Shown: in pieces, positions 1-10,514 of the stretch
Layout: every line of letters starts with the position of its first letter
How positions within the stretch are numbered: position 1 is the first letter of the stretch
From: Squalus acanthias
Taxonomy: Eukaryota
Direction of reading: 5' to 3'
Assembly: GCA_030390025.1 (NCBI GenBank)
Contig: CM059444.1
Span: 61,938,001 to 62,002,000, forward strand
Length of the DNA: 64,000 bases
The notes under the pieces: model-generated
Told to the model about the DNA's origin: nothing
What the model saw: only the letters and a program-made list of their open reading frames with translations
Database searches by the model: none
Translations under genes and position numbers: made by a program

Positions 1-730
1 ATGGGATGCATCCTAGGATGCTGAGGGAATTCAGGGAGGAAATTGCGGAGGTACTGGACGTAATATTCCAATCCTCCTTAGATACGGGGGGTGGTGCCAG
101 AGGACTGGAGAATTGCAAATATTACACCATTGTTCAAAAAAGGGTGTAAAGATAAACCCAGCAACTACAGGCCAGTCAGTTTAACCTCGGTAGTGGAGAA
201 GCTTTTAGAAACAGTAATCAGGGACAAAATTAACAGTCACTTGGACAAGTGTGGATTAAATAAGGAAAGCCAGCACGGATTTGTTAAAGGCAAATCATGT
301 TTAACTAACTTGATTGAGTTCTTTGATGAGGTAACAGAGAGGGTTGATGAGGGTAATGCGGTTGATGTGGTGTACATGGATTTCCAAAAGGCGTTCGACA
401 AAGTGCCACACAATAGGCTTGCCAGCAAAGTTGAAGCCCATGGAATAAAAGGGACAGTGGCAGCATGGATACGAAATTGGCTAAGTGACAGGAAACAGAG
501 TAGTGGTGAACGGTTGTTTTTTGGACTGGAGGAAGGTATACAGTGGCATTCCCCAGGGGTTGGTTCTAGAACCACTGCTTTTCTTGATGTATATTAATGA
601 CTTGGACGTGGGTGTACAGGGCACAATTTCAAAATTTGCAGATGAAATAAAACTTGGAAGTATAGTGAACAGTGAGGAGGAGAGTGATAGTCTTCAGGAA
701 GGCATAGACAGGCTGGTGAAATGGGCGGAC
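1..730 (+). mobile_element. CR1 LINE ORF2 (reverse transcriptase) fragment, frameshifted
   Basis: ORFs 91-597 and 485-808 give VPEDWRIANITPLFKKG...NYRPVSLTS...QHGF...DFQKAFDKVPH and PQGLVL...FAD, the CR1 RT motifs, split across frames. Confidence 0.9.
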
Positions 731-1014
731 GTGGCAGGTCAGGAACTCGGGCGGGGGGGGGGGGGGAGGAGGTCAGGAACCTGTTTGGGGGGTGGGAGAA
801 GGTCTTAACCCGCGAGGGTGAGCCCGGTCTGTTCCAAGTGAGCTCTATTCTGTCTGGAGTCGGCAGTCAGAATGGCTCGAATTACACTTTGCAAAGTAAC
901 GGATTATGCAGGCAGGGAGGATCTAATTACACATTCCAGAGAAACTGCTGGGTGTGTCTTATCGTCCAGGGGAACCAATCAGCAATCAGTACTAGTCATC
1001 AAGGGGGCCCAATC

Positions 1015-1510
1015 AACAACAACAACTTGTATTTATATAGCGCCTTTAACCAAGACGTTGCACAGGAGTATTACAAGACAAAAAATTTGACACCGAGCCA
1101 CATAAGGAGAAATTAGGGCAGATGATCAAAAGCTTGGCCAAAGAGGTAGGTTTTAAGGAGCGTCTTAAAGGAGGAAAGAGAGGTAGCGAGGCAGAGAGGT
1201 TTAGGCAGGGAATTCCAGAGTTTAGGGCCTGGGCAACAGAAGCATGGCCACCAATGGTTGAGCGATTATAATCAGGGATGCTCAAGAGGGCAGAATTAGA
1301 GGAGCGCAGATATCTCGGGGTGGGATTGTGGGGCTGAAGGAGATTACAGAGATAGGGAGGGGGCGAGGCCATGGAGGTATTTGAAAACACGGATGAGAAT
1401 TTTGAAATCGAGGTGCTGCTTAACCGGGAGCCAATGTAGGTCAGCGAGCACAGGGGAGATGGGCGAATGGGACTTGGTGCGAGTCAGGACACGGGCAGCC
1501 GAGTTTTGGA
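1015..1510 (-). mobile_element. L2 LINE 3' fragment
   Basis: LQNSAARVLTRTKSHSPISPVLADLHWLPVKQHLDFKIL resembles the L2 ORF2 C-terminus. The tail reads ...AAAGGCGCTATATAAATACAAGTTGTTGTT on the minus strand. Confidence 0.85.
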
Positions 1511-1534
1511 GCTTTAGGTGTTGCAAATTAACAC

Positions 1535-1900
1535 GTCCTATTAACTGAGCCAGCATCTGCTGCCTTTTTTGTGGCAGAGAGTTCCAAACTTCTACCACCC
1601 TTTGCGTGAAGAAGTGTTTCCTAACTTCTCTCCTGAACGGCCTGGCTCTGATTTTAAGGTTATATCCCCTTGTCCTGGACTCCCGCCCCACCCCACCCCC
1701 CACCAGCGGAAATAGCTTCTCTCCATCTACCCTATCGATTCCTTTCAAAATCCTAAAAGCCTCAATCAAATCGCCCCTTAACCTCCTATATTCCAGAGAA
1801 TACAAGCCTAGTTTATGTAATCTCGCCTCATAATCTAAGCCTTGGAGCCCTGGTAACATTCTGGTGAATCTGGGCTGCACTCCTTCCAAGGCCAGTATAT
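1535..1900 (-). mobile_element. CR1 LINE 3' fragment
   Basis: LGLYSLEYRRLRGDLIE...HFFTQRVVEVWNSLP, the CR1 ORF2 C-terminus. Confidence 0.85.
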
Positions 1901-2292
1901 CTAAGGTGCGATGCCTGGAACTGTCAAGGCTTCAGTTTTAAATTCCTTTGCGGATGATATTTCAGTGAAACCATTAATAACTGCAGTCTTTTCTTGGCGA
2001 ATCAAAACAGTTTCTTGATGCCAAAGACAACTTGAATATGTTTTTTTATATGTTCATTCCCGGGAGCGTCGGCCTAGATTTATTGCTCAAGTCTCTGGGT
2101 TTGGGGCTGAAACTCAGCACCTTCTGACTCGGAGGCGAGAGAGAGCGCTGTCCACTGAGCCAAGGCAGGCGTATTTCGATACTGTGAACCGCGCAGCTTG
2201 GAATTCAAGAGGAGAATAGAATGCCTAAAATAAGAGGACAAATGTGAGAAGTCGCACAACACCAGGTTATAGTCCAACAGCTTTATTTGAAA

Positions 2293-2329
2293 TCACAAGC
2301 TTTCGGAGCGCTGCTCCTTCGTCAGGTGA
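2293..2329 (-). ncRNA. Minimal type-I hammerhead ribozyme motif (putative)
   Basis: UCAC-CUGACGA-A-GGAGC(AGC)GCUCC-GAAA-GC-UU-GUGA: stem I UCAC/GUGA, CUGANGA core, 5-bp stem II, GAAA and a palindromic AGCU helix III. Confidence 0.65.
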
Positions 2330-2339
2330 AGTGAAGACT

Positions 2340-2376
2340 TCACCTGACGAAGGAGCAGCGCTCCGAAAGCTTGCGA
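2340..2376 (+). ncRNA. Minimal hammerhead motif, opposite arm (one stem-I mismatch)
   Basis: TCACCTGACGAAGGAGCAGCGCTCCGAAAGCTTGCGA. Confidence 0.55.
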
Positions 2377-2549
2377 TTTCAAATAAAGCTGTTGGACTAT
2401 AACCTGGTGTTGTGCGACTTCTCACATTTGTCCACCCCAGTCCAACACCGGCATCTCCGCAACATAAAATAAGAGGGGAGAAGCTGCAAATGTTGGAAAT
2501 ACACAAGGTCAGCCAGCATCTGGAGAGCGGAGAGACAGGGTAACCTTTC

Positions 2550-2775
2550 ATACAATCATAGAATGATACAGCACAGAAGGAGGCCGTTCGGACCATCGTG
2601 CCTGTGCCGGCTCTTTGAAAGAGCGATCCAATTAGTCCGGCTCGCCCCTGCTCTTTCCCCATAACTCGGCAAAATTTTCCCCTTCAAGTATTTATCCAAT
2701 TCCCTTTTGAAAGTTACTATTGAATCTGCTTCCACCGCCCTTATGGGCAGCGCGTCCCAGATCACAACAACTCAC
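2550..2775 (-). mobile_element. CR1 3' tail fragment
   Basis: WDALP...AVEADSIVTFKRELDKYL plus the CR1 3' UTR ending in ATTCTATG-like units on the minus strand. Confidence 0.8.
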
Positions 2776-3179
2776 TGTGTTTCGGGCGTGTTCTGATATC
2801 GACAGACCTGCTGAGTATTTCCAGTTTTTAAAAGAATTAACCTTTCTTTAGATACAGAAATAATTGGGGACATAAACCAGCATTGTTACCCAATTCATGT
2901 GTTAGGGAGTCTCAAGACATTCAAAAACTGGACCATTTGATCTAAAACCGATGGGTACTAACCAAAGTTCCCTTCAAGCTGTCTGGACCTCCTGCACAGC
3001 CAGCTCACCGGCTTTTAAATGCAAAAACAGCGCCTGTGCGGATTTTTCAATGGGCCGCCAAAAAAAATTAGGGGCAACATTGGAACTAACCTTATTCCAC
3101 CGCCCACATCCCGCTCGCCCCCAGCTCCCAAACACACAGACACCCACTGTCTCACATGCACACAATCACACAGAAAATT

Positions 3180-3715
3180 TTGTCTCCTTATTTAAGGAAG
3201 GATATACTTGCATTGGAGGCAGTTCAGAGATGATTCACACGGTTGATTCCTGAGATGAGGGGGTTGACTTATGAAGAAAGGTTGAGCTGATTGGGCCTAT
3301 ACTCATTGGAATTTAGAAGAATGAGAGGTGATCGTATTGAAACATATAAGATACTGAGGGGGCTCGACAAGGTAGATGCAGAGAGGATGTTTCCCCTCGT
3401 GGGGAAATCTAAAACTCGGGGGCATAGTTTCAGAATAAAGGATCGCCCTTTTAGAACTGAGATGAGGAGGAATTTCTTCTCTCAGAGGGTCATAAAACTG
3501 TGGAATTCCCTGCCCCAGAGAGCTGTGGAGGCTGGGTCATTAAATACATTTAAGGTGGAGATAGTCAGATTTTTGCAAGATAAGGGAGTGAAGGGTTATG
3601 GGGAGCGGGCAGGGAAGTGGCTTTGAGCCCAAGATCAGCCATGATCTTATTGAATGGCGGAGCAGGCTCGAGGGGCCAAGTGGCCAATTCCTGCTCCTAT
3701 TTCTTATGTTATGTT
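3180..3715 (+). mobile_element. CR1 LINE 3' fragment
   Basis: GLYSLEFRRMRGDRIETYKIL...RRNFFSQRVIKLWNSLPQ, followed by the 3' UTR. Confidence 0.88.
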
Positions 3716-4070
3716 CCTTCAATGCTTATTTTACTGCACGAAACCCTTACTCCAGCCTTGGCTAGGAAGAGTTAAAACTGACCCACTGATGTGGGTTTCC
3801 CAGGCCTGGCTGTCTCGCACCATCAAGCTGTTGTGTGCTTAACGACCAGTCAGAAGATCAGGAGTCCAGATCCCCGGGTGGCCGCTTGCCCTCAGTAACT
3901 TGGCCTCAGCTGAGCGAGCTTTGTCACTTTGCCTCGTTGAGATGTGGCACCGCACAGAAGTGAGTGGTTTCATTTCGAGCGAAGGAAAAACAGCATCCAT
4001 CTCATTCGACTTTGATCGCACCTCTTGGGCCTGCTCTCAGAGGAGCACTCAATCATCAGTTACAGTGTCA

Positions 4071-4610
4071 GGCCGTGGCTTGGTGGGCAGCACTCTCGCC
4101 ACTGAGTCAGAAGGTTGTGGGTTCAAATCCCACTCCAGAGACTCGAGCACAAAATCCAGGCCGACACTCCCAGTGCAATACTGAGGGAGCGCCGCACTGT
4201 CGGAGGGGCAGTACTGAGGGAGTGCCGCACTGTCGGAGGGGCAGCACTGAGGGAGTGCTGCACTGTCGGAGGTGCCTTCTTTCGGATGAGACGTTAAACC
4301 GAGGCCCCATCTGCTCTCTCTCTCTCTCTCTCTCTCTCGAGTGGACGTAAAAGAACCCACAGCCACTATTTCAAAGAAGAGCAGGGGAGTTCTCCCCGGT
4401 GTCCTGGGCCCAATATTTATCCCTCAACCAACATCACTAAAACAGATTATCTGGTCATTATCACATTGCTGTTTGTGGGAGCTTGCTGTGCACAAATTGA
4501 CTGCCGCGTTTCCCTGCCTTACAACAGCGACAACACTTCAAAAAGTACTTCATTGGCTGTAAAGCGTCCTGAGGTGGTGAAAGGGGCTATATAAATGCAA
4601 GTTCTTTCTT
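4071..4610 (+). mobile_element. tRNA-derived Deu-domain SINE (SacSINE1-like), full length, with three 33-bp units
   Basis: tRNA-like head (TGGCTTGGTGG...GGTTCAAATCCC), a central GGAGGTGCC-TTTCGGATGAGACGTTAAACCGAGG...CCCCGGTGTCCTGG block resembling the Deu domain of AmnSINE1 as recalled, and an L2-like tail. Confidence 0.8.
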
Positions 4611-4788
4611 TGGTTCTTTATAAGTTGCACATTCTATGTCTGCTACTTGAAGATCATCAGGCCTGGGTTGGGCACGACCATTAGTTCTAATTCCGCTCGC
4701 GATGGATGTCCTTCAGCTCCCCTGAAGGCTCAGTTGGTAAATGCGCAGAGCTTTCAAAAGCAGGAAGGTCCCAAACAATCTCATTCTC

Positions 4789-4990
4789 AGGATGTGGGCA
4801 TCGCTGGCAAGGCCATCGTTTATTGCCCATCCCTAGTTGCCCAATGCGATTTGATGCAACTGATTCTCTTGCTAACCCACGTCAGAGGGCAGTTAAGAGT
4901 CAACCACGTTGGTGTGGGACTGGAGTCACATATAGGCCCAGACCGGGTACAGGACATTAGTGAACCAGTTGGGTTTTTACGACAATGCGA
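4789..4990 (-). mobile_element. SINE-like element carrying a CR1-Zenon-like LINE tail
   Basis: Shares its 3' end (GGGCAAxTAGGGATGGGCAATAAA...GCCCACATCC) with the LINE at 19600-20410. A second copy lies at 47220-47410. Confidence 0.55.
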
Positions 4991-5811
4991 CAGCTTCACG
5001 GTCACTTTTACTGATACCAGTGCCAGTTGCTGATCGCTGCTGGAAAGTGCGTGTGTACGGGTGCCCCTTGAGGACAGATTTGGGCTTGGCTGTCAGCCAC
5101 GTTTGCATTGCCTGCCAACACTGTAGGCTCTCTTCCCCATCCCCACTTCCCCCCACCACCTTCATGAGCAACAACAGTAGAGACAAGGATTCGGAAGGTA
5201 GCTGGTCCCTGTGGAATTAAGCCCCCGGCACAAGAATATGCCTTCAACAAAGAATGGGACAAACTAAAGACTGGAGGTCCTTCCCTCGCTGTGGACTCCA
5301 TCTAGCAGTTTGGCCGAGGACCGAGACTAGATTTCTGATCAAGCGTCCATGGGCTTTACAGCGACATAGAGGAGATCTTGTATTAAAATGGTTGAAAGTT
5401 GTTTCCATCATGCCCTTTTTGTTTTTAAATGCCTTCCATTCTTCATCTGAACCCTGACATGAAACTCTTGCCTTCCCTAATTAAGAAATAATGGATAGGT
5501 TCTTATATTTTACCGGGCATGTTAATCTGAAGGACAAGATACTGTTTCAATCAGCTGCCATCTTACTCGCTGGTGAAATATTGCCAGGCTCAATTATTAC
5601 TGTTCCATTAGCTGCTGCCACTGTGTTATAGACTCACTGCCTCATCCTTTACTCCTTTGCAACTGTCGAGAATCACTTCAAGACACAGTAAGTGGCAGCG
5701 AACTCTTTGTGCAGTGAAAGGGACTAACTCGTTGACAGCCCTTGCCATGATGGATTCCTCCATCAAGCTGGTCACTGCTCAACTGAGCTTAACTATTCAA
5801 GAGATAAAGAA

Positions 5812-6390
5812 AAGATCTTGCATTTCTACAGCACCTTGCACAACCTCAGGACGCCCCAAAGCGCTTTACAGCCAATTAAGTACTTTTAAAGCATAGCCAC
5901 TGTTGTAATGTAGGAAGCGCGGCAGTTTTTTGCGCACAGCAAGCTCCCACAAACAGCAATGTGATAATGACCAGATAATCTGTTTCAGTGATGTTGGTTG
6001 AGGCATAAACTTGAGCACAAAAATCCAGGCTGACACTCCCGGTGCAGTACTGCAGGAGCGCTGCACTGTCGGAGGTGCCGTCTTTCGGATAAGGCGTTAA
6101 ACCGAAACCCCCGTCTGCCCTCTCAGGTGGACGTAAAAGATCCCGCGGCCACTATTTTGAAGAAGAGCAGGGGAGTTCTCCCCGGTGTCCTGGGGCCAAC
6201 ACCCTAAACACGGATGATCTGGTCATTGTCACATTGCTGTTTGTGGGAGCTTGCTGTGCGCAAATCGGCTGCCGCTTTCCCACATTACAACAGTGAATAC
6301 ACTTAAAAAAAAAAGTACTTAATTGGCTGTAAAGCGCTTTGGGGCATCTGGTGGTCCAGAAAGGCGCTGTATAAAGTCTTTATTTTCTTT
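5812..6390. mobile_element. Two adjacent Deu-SINE fragments in inverted orientation
   Basis: 5812-6005 is the minus-strand 3' part. 6009-6390 is a plus-strand, 5'-truncated copy. Confidence 0.75.
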
Positions 6391-6659
6391 TTATACCTCC
6401 CTCCCACACTATCTGCTAATCTCTCACTTTAAGGAGCATTAAGTTCAACCTCCCATGACAAAAAAGTATCTCTCCATAATCCTCAGTCCCACTCCTTCAA
6501 TCATTTTCCTTTATTGTTAATTTTGCTCCCTTTACTCCTCGGGACTGAAGGTGACCTGTTTCACGGACAGCCGGGGGGGGGGTCACTGCAGCAGGGCTGA
6601 AAGCTGGCTCCTATCGTTCTCCTGTATTCTGTGCCACCCTGCCACCTTAACAACCCCCC

Positions 6660-7205
6660 TAGAGCACTGCGTGCCGTTCTGGTCACCACATTACAGGAAA
6701 GGATGTGATTGCACGAGTGAAAGGAGGAGATTTACGAGGATGTTGCCAAGACTGGAGAATTTTAGCTACGAGGAAAGATTGGAGAGGCTGGGGTTGTTTT
6801 CTTTGGAACAGAGGAGGCTGAGGGGAGACTTAATTGAGGTGTATAAAATTATGAGGGGCCTAGATAGAGTGGATAGGAAGGACCTATTTCCCTTTAGCAG
6901 AGAGGTCAATAACCAGGGGGCATAGATTTAAAGTAATTGGTGGTAGGATTAGAGGGGAGTTGAGGAGAACTTCTTTCACCCAGAGGGTGTTGGGGGTCTG
7001 GAACTCACTGCCTGAAAGGGTGGTAGAGGCAGAAACCCTCATCACATTTAAAAAGTACTTGGATATGCATCGGAAGTGCCGTAACCTTCAGGGCTTCGGA
7101 CCAAGAGCTGGTAAGTGGGATTGGGCTGATAGCTCTTTTTCGGCCGGCACAGACACGATGGGCCGAATGGCCTCCTTCTGTGCCGTAAATTTCTATGATT
7201 CTTTA
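6660..7205 (+). mobile_element. CR1 LINE 3' fragment
   Basis: LEHCVPFWSPHYRK...LGLFSLEQRRLRGDLIEVYKIM...FTQRVLGVWNSLP, ending TTCTATGATTCT. Confidence 0.88.
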
Positions 7206-7839
7206 TGAGCAACTGCCTCAGAGGCAGGCGGACGAGCAAGACCTGAAGCCAGAGCAGACAGTGACAGATAGACTGGGAATGGAATAAAAGGAACGCTATC
7301 TCCTTTTCACTCTCAACCCCACACCCAACCTCCGTCCAGAACGCCAATCAACATTTTCAAAAGAAAAGGAGCTTTGAAAGAACAGTCAGCGCTGACCGAC
7401 TCAGGCAAAGCTTCATATCACTGTTCAGCAAGGGCCACCGCAGTCATTTTAAATCTCATTTGCAACTAAACCCACTGACGGATTTCTGAGAGGCTTACTG
7501 TTGGCTTTTATTCATTTAAATCCATCCGAGGTATCAGAGACTTGATGTAAGCGAGAGAGGCATAATAAAAAAAAAAGCCCCAGAATGTAAACTTAAGTAA
7601 GTGAAAGAAGGGGTTTTGGTGTTACTTGCTACGAATCATTTTCAAATTCAATCTTTACGAGTGTATTGTAGCCAGACAAATTCATCTTTTATAGGAAAAT
7701 AAAGCTGGATTGTCACTGGGATTTCAGTGCAGTGTAATGGTGGGTGGGTGAGATTTCCATTCACTGTGGGACTCGGAACACCCAGTACGATCATCGATCT
7801 TGCCCTTCCAAGTATTGAGGTTTTCCTTTTTAAATCGTT

Positions 7840-8150
7840 CTTTGAGATGTGGGCGTTGCTGGCGAGGCCGGCATTTATTGCCCTCGAGAAGATTGGCGAT
7901 GGGGCTTCCTCTTGAACCACTGCAGTCCCTCGTGGTGAAGGTGCTGCCACAGTGACGTTCGGCAGGGAGTTCCAGGATTTTGACCCAGTGGCGATGAAGG
8001 AGCAGCCGATATATGTCCCAAGCTGGGATGGCGTGTGTGACTGGGAGCGAAACTTGGAGGCGATGCACCCGCTGCCCTTGTCCTTCTCGGCACTGGAGGC
8101 CGCGTTTTTTTTTGTGAGGTGCCGCTGAAGAAGCCTTGGCGACTTACTGT
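7840..8150 (-). mobile_element. CR1-Zenon-like LINE 3' fragment
   Basis: Reverse complement of the 3' end seen at 20090-20410. Confidence 0.7.
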
Positions 8151-8321
8151 GCAAGACCAGGGTGAAGCACTGGTGGTTGCAGTCATGGGAGCAATTTGAG
8201 GTGACGAATTAAAGAGTGTCACATAAGACCGAAGTGCTTAAGGACTCACTCAACTCTACCACAGCCATGGCTTCTGCCAGTGCATCCCCAATCCGATCCC
8301 ACCAACATCCTACCAATCCTA

Positions 8322-9445
8322 GCCAGAGACTTGAGCACAAAAACCTAGGCCGACACTCCAGTGCCAGTACCGAGGGAGTGCTGCACTGTCGGAGGGGCAG
8401 TACTGAGGGAGTGCAGCACTGTCGGAGGGGCAGCAGTACTGAGGGAGTGCAGCACTGTCGGAGGGGCGGTACTGAGGGAGCGCTGCACTGTCGGAGGGGC
8501 AGCAGTACTGAGGGAGCGCTGCACTGTCGGAGGGGCAGTACTGAGGGAGCGCTGCACTGTCGGAGGGGCAGTACTGAGGGAGCGCTGCACTGTCGGAGGG
8601 GCAGTACTGAGGGAGCGCTGCACTGTCGGAGGGGCAGTACTGAGGGAGCGCTGCACTGTCGGAGATCCAGTACTGAGGGAGCGCTGCACTGTCGGAGATC
8701 CAGTACTGAGGGAGCGCTGCACTGTCGGAGGGGCAGTACTGAGGGAGCGCTGCACTGTCGGAGATCCAGTACTGAGGGAGTGCTGCACTGTCGGAGATCC
8801 AGTACTGAGGGAGCGCTGCACTGTCGGAGATCCAGTACTGAGGGAGCGCTGCACTGTTGGAGGGGCAGTACTGAGGGAGTGCTGCACTGTCGGAGGGGCA
8901 GTACTGAGGGAGCGCTGCACTGTCGGAGGGGCAGTACTGAGGGAGCGCTGCACTGTCGGAGGGGCAGTACTGAGGGAGCGCTGCACTGTCGGAGATCCAG
9001 TACTGAGGGAGCGCTGCACTGTCGGAGATCCAGTACTGAGGGAGCGCTGCACTGTCGGAGGGGCAGTACTGAGGGAGCGCTGCACTGTCGGAGGGGTAGC
9101 AGTGCTGAGGGAGTGCTGCACTGTCAGAGGTGCTGTTTTTCAGATGAGACGTTAAACCGCGGCCCCGTCAGGCGGACGTAAAGATCCCATGGCGCTATTT
9201 GAAGAAGCACAGACAGGAGTTCTCCCCGGTGTCCAGGCCAATATTTATCCCTCAACCAACATCACTAAAACAGATTATCTGGTCATCACATTGCTGTTTG
9301 TGGGAGCTTGCTGTGCGCAAATTGGCTGCCGCGTTTCCAATATTACAACAGTGACTACACTTCAAAAAAGTACTTCATCGCTGTAAAGCGCTTTGGGACG
9401 TCCTGAGGTCGTGAAAGGCGCTATAGAAATGCAAGTTCGTTCTAT
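8322..9445 (+). mobile_element. Deu-domain SINE with internal minisatellite expansion
   Basis: SINE body on both sides of the 33-bp array, ending in the L2-like tail at about 9445. Confidence 0.85.
8366..9130 (+). repeat. 33-bp tandem array, 23 units (GTACTGAGGGAGCGCTGCACTGTCGGAGGGGCA)
   Basis: Directly visible. The ORF 8216-9181 translation contains 23 STEGALHCRRG-type repeats. Confidence 0.95.
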
Positions 9446-9490
9446 CTTTCTTTCTCGGCTTCTCAGACGCTGGGCCATGGTTGACACAAT

Positions 9491-10240
9491 GGGCCGGATA
9501 TTCTGATCCCTACGGGTGGGTACGCGCTGTGTACTCACCCGTAGGGACATCGGTAATGCCGGTTTTAGGCATGCACTGCGCATACGTTGGAAACCGGCAT
9601 TTCCGATCTGTCAGGAAAGCTCTTGACAGATCCTCCAGCTGCCCGGGAGAAGGGCCTCTGCGGGCGGAGAGTTCCGTTTTTTGGAGACCCTCCACCCGCA
9701 GAAAACACTTACAATTCTTGCGCCTGGTAAAAGCAGGCCTGCTTTTACCAGGATAAGAGTTGAAAAAGTAAAAAAAAAAAAATTTCCACTGATTTATCAT
9801 TTAAAAATACTTTAAAAAAGGTAAGTTTATATTTTTAGCCCCGTTAAAAACTTTAATTTTTTTAATTCAAAAATTAACTATTTTAAACAAAAATTTAAAT
9901 TTATGTAATTTCAAGTCATTTTAAAAATGTGATTTTTTTTTAAATTTATTTAAAGTTTTACTATGTTTTGGGGTGATCTCCATTCATATATTTGACAGGT
10001 CTTCCTGTCAAGTGTATGAAGGGAGATTCCCTTCTGTGATTGGCTCCCCATGGCCCACGTGATCCCAGGGACGCTGCGATCCGCCTGCGCCTCTGGGATA
10101 CGTGGGCCCTGCGCACCGGCAGTTTGGAGAGGCCCAGCAGCGGAACTCTGCGCCTCCCGGAAGCCCTCAGGTAAGGGCGCAGATTTTTCCAGATCGCAGC
10201 CCTCCGCCCGCGGGAGACCTGCGATCGGAATATCTGGGCC
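9491..10240. mobile_element. Non-autonomous DNA transposon, PIF/Harbinger-like
   Basis: Imperfect TIRs GGGCCGGATATTCTGATC and GATCGGAATATCTGGGCC (15/18), flanked by AAT on both sides (3-bp TSD). GC-rich ends, AT-rich core. Confidence 0.6.
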
Positions 10241-10370
10241 AATGTATCGCGGCAGGGGTGGGGAAACATAAGCCAAAAAACAATTCTCTCAGAGCAAGAC
10301 CTGACGCAAAGTCTCCGCGCAACACTGACTGAGCTGAAGATCCAGCGCGTTCCCACGTGCTCACACTCAC

Positions 10371-10514
10371 CAAAACTTTATGCTCGCCCGTCAGGTTGGG
10401 CGGTTCACACAGGAGCTGGGTCTCCGAGACAGTCAGTACGCAAGGGTTCTCCCCTATCAGCACCGTGTAGTTCAGCTTGACGTTGCCTGGTGCGTTGGGA
10501 ATCAAGTTCCTCCC
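10371..10514 (-). CDS. PLXNA1: Plexin-A1-like exon (last in window), membrane-proximal IPT domain
   Basis: 144 nt, ctgcag|GGG...TTG|gtgagt. [48 protein letters not shown]. The transmembrane exon expected next was not found in 1-10370. Confidence 0.93.

Larger units (their letters stand above)
2236..2464 (+). mobile_element. Fold-back (palindromic) Penelope-like terminal element, copy 1
   Basis: Inverted arms 2236-2332 and 2337-2433 (96/97 identical), then a ~31-nt unpaired tail. 12-bp direct repeat TAAAATAAGAGG at 2226-2237 and 2465-2476. Confidence 0.8.

Noticed and set aside
2236-2433. pre-miRNA, or classical DNA-transposon MITE
   Set aside because: Arms are too long and perfect for a typical pre-miRNA. 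Arm length varies between copies, the structure is asymmetric with a 3' tail, and TSDs are 11-13 bp, which fits a retro-insertion better.
4071-4140. tRNA gene
   Set aside because: A/B-box-like head continues into the SINE body and recurs in many copies, so it is SINE-derived rather than a tRNA.
8216-9181. 321-aa repetitive ORF, and similar ORFs at 33307-34116 and 51462-52615
   Set aside because: These are by-products of a stop-free 33-bp unit open in several frames on both strands, inside a SINE, with no splice or homology support.
1-10370. Plexin transmembrane exon (and, in 53241-64000, the preceding IPT exon)
   Set aside because: No matching translation found by eye. They are presumably outside the window, though a missed or gap-hidden exon cannot be excluded.
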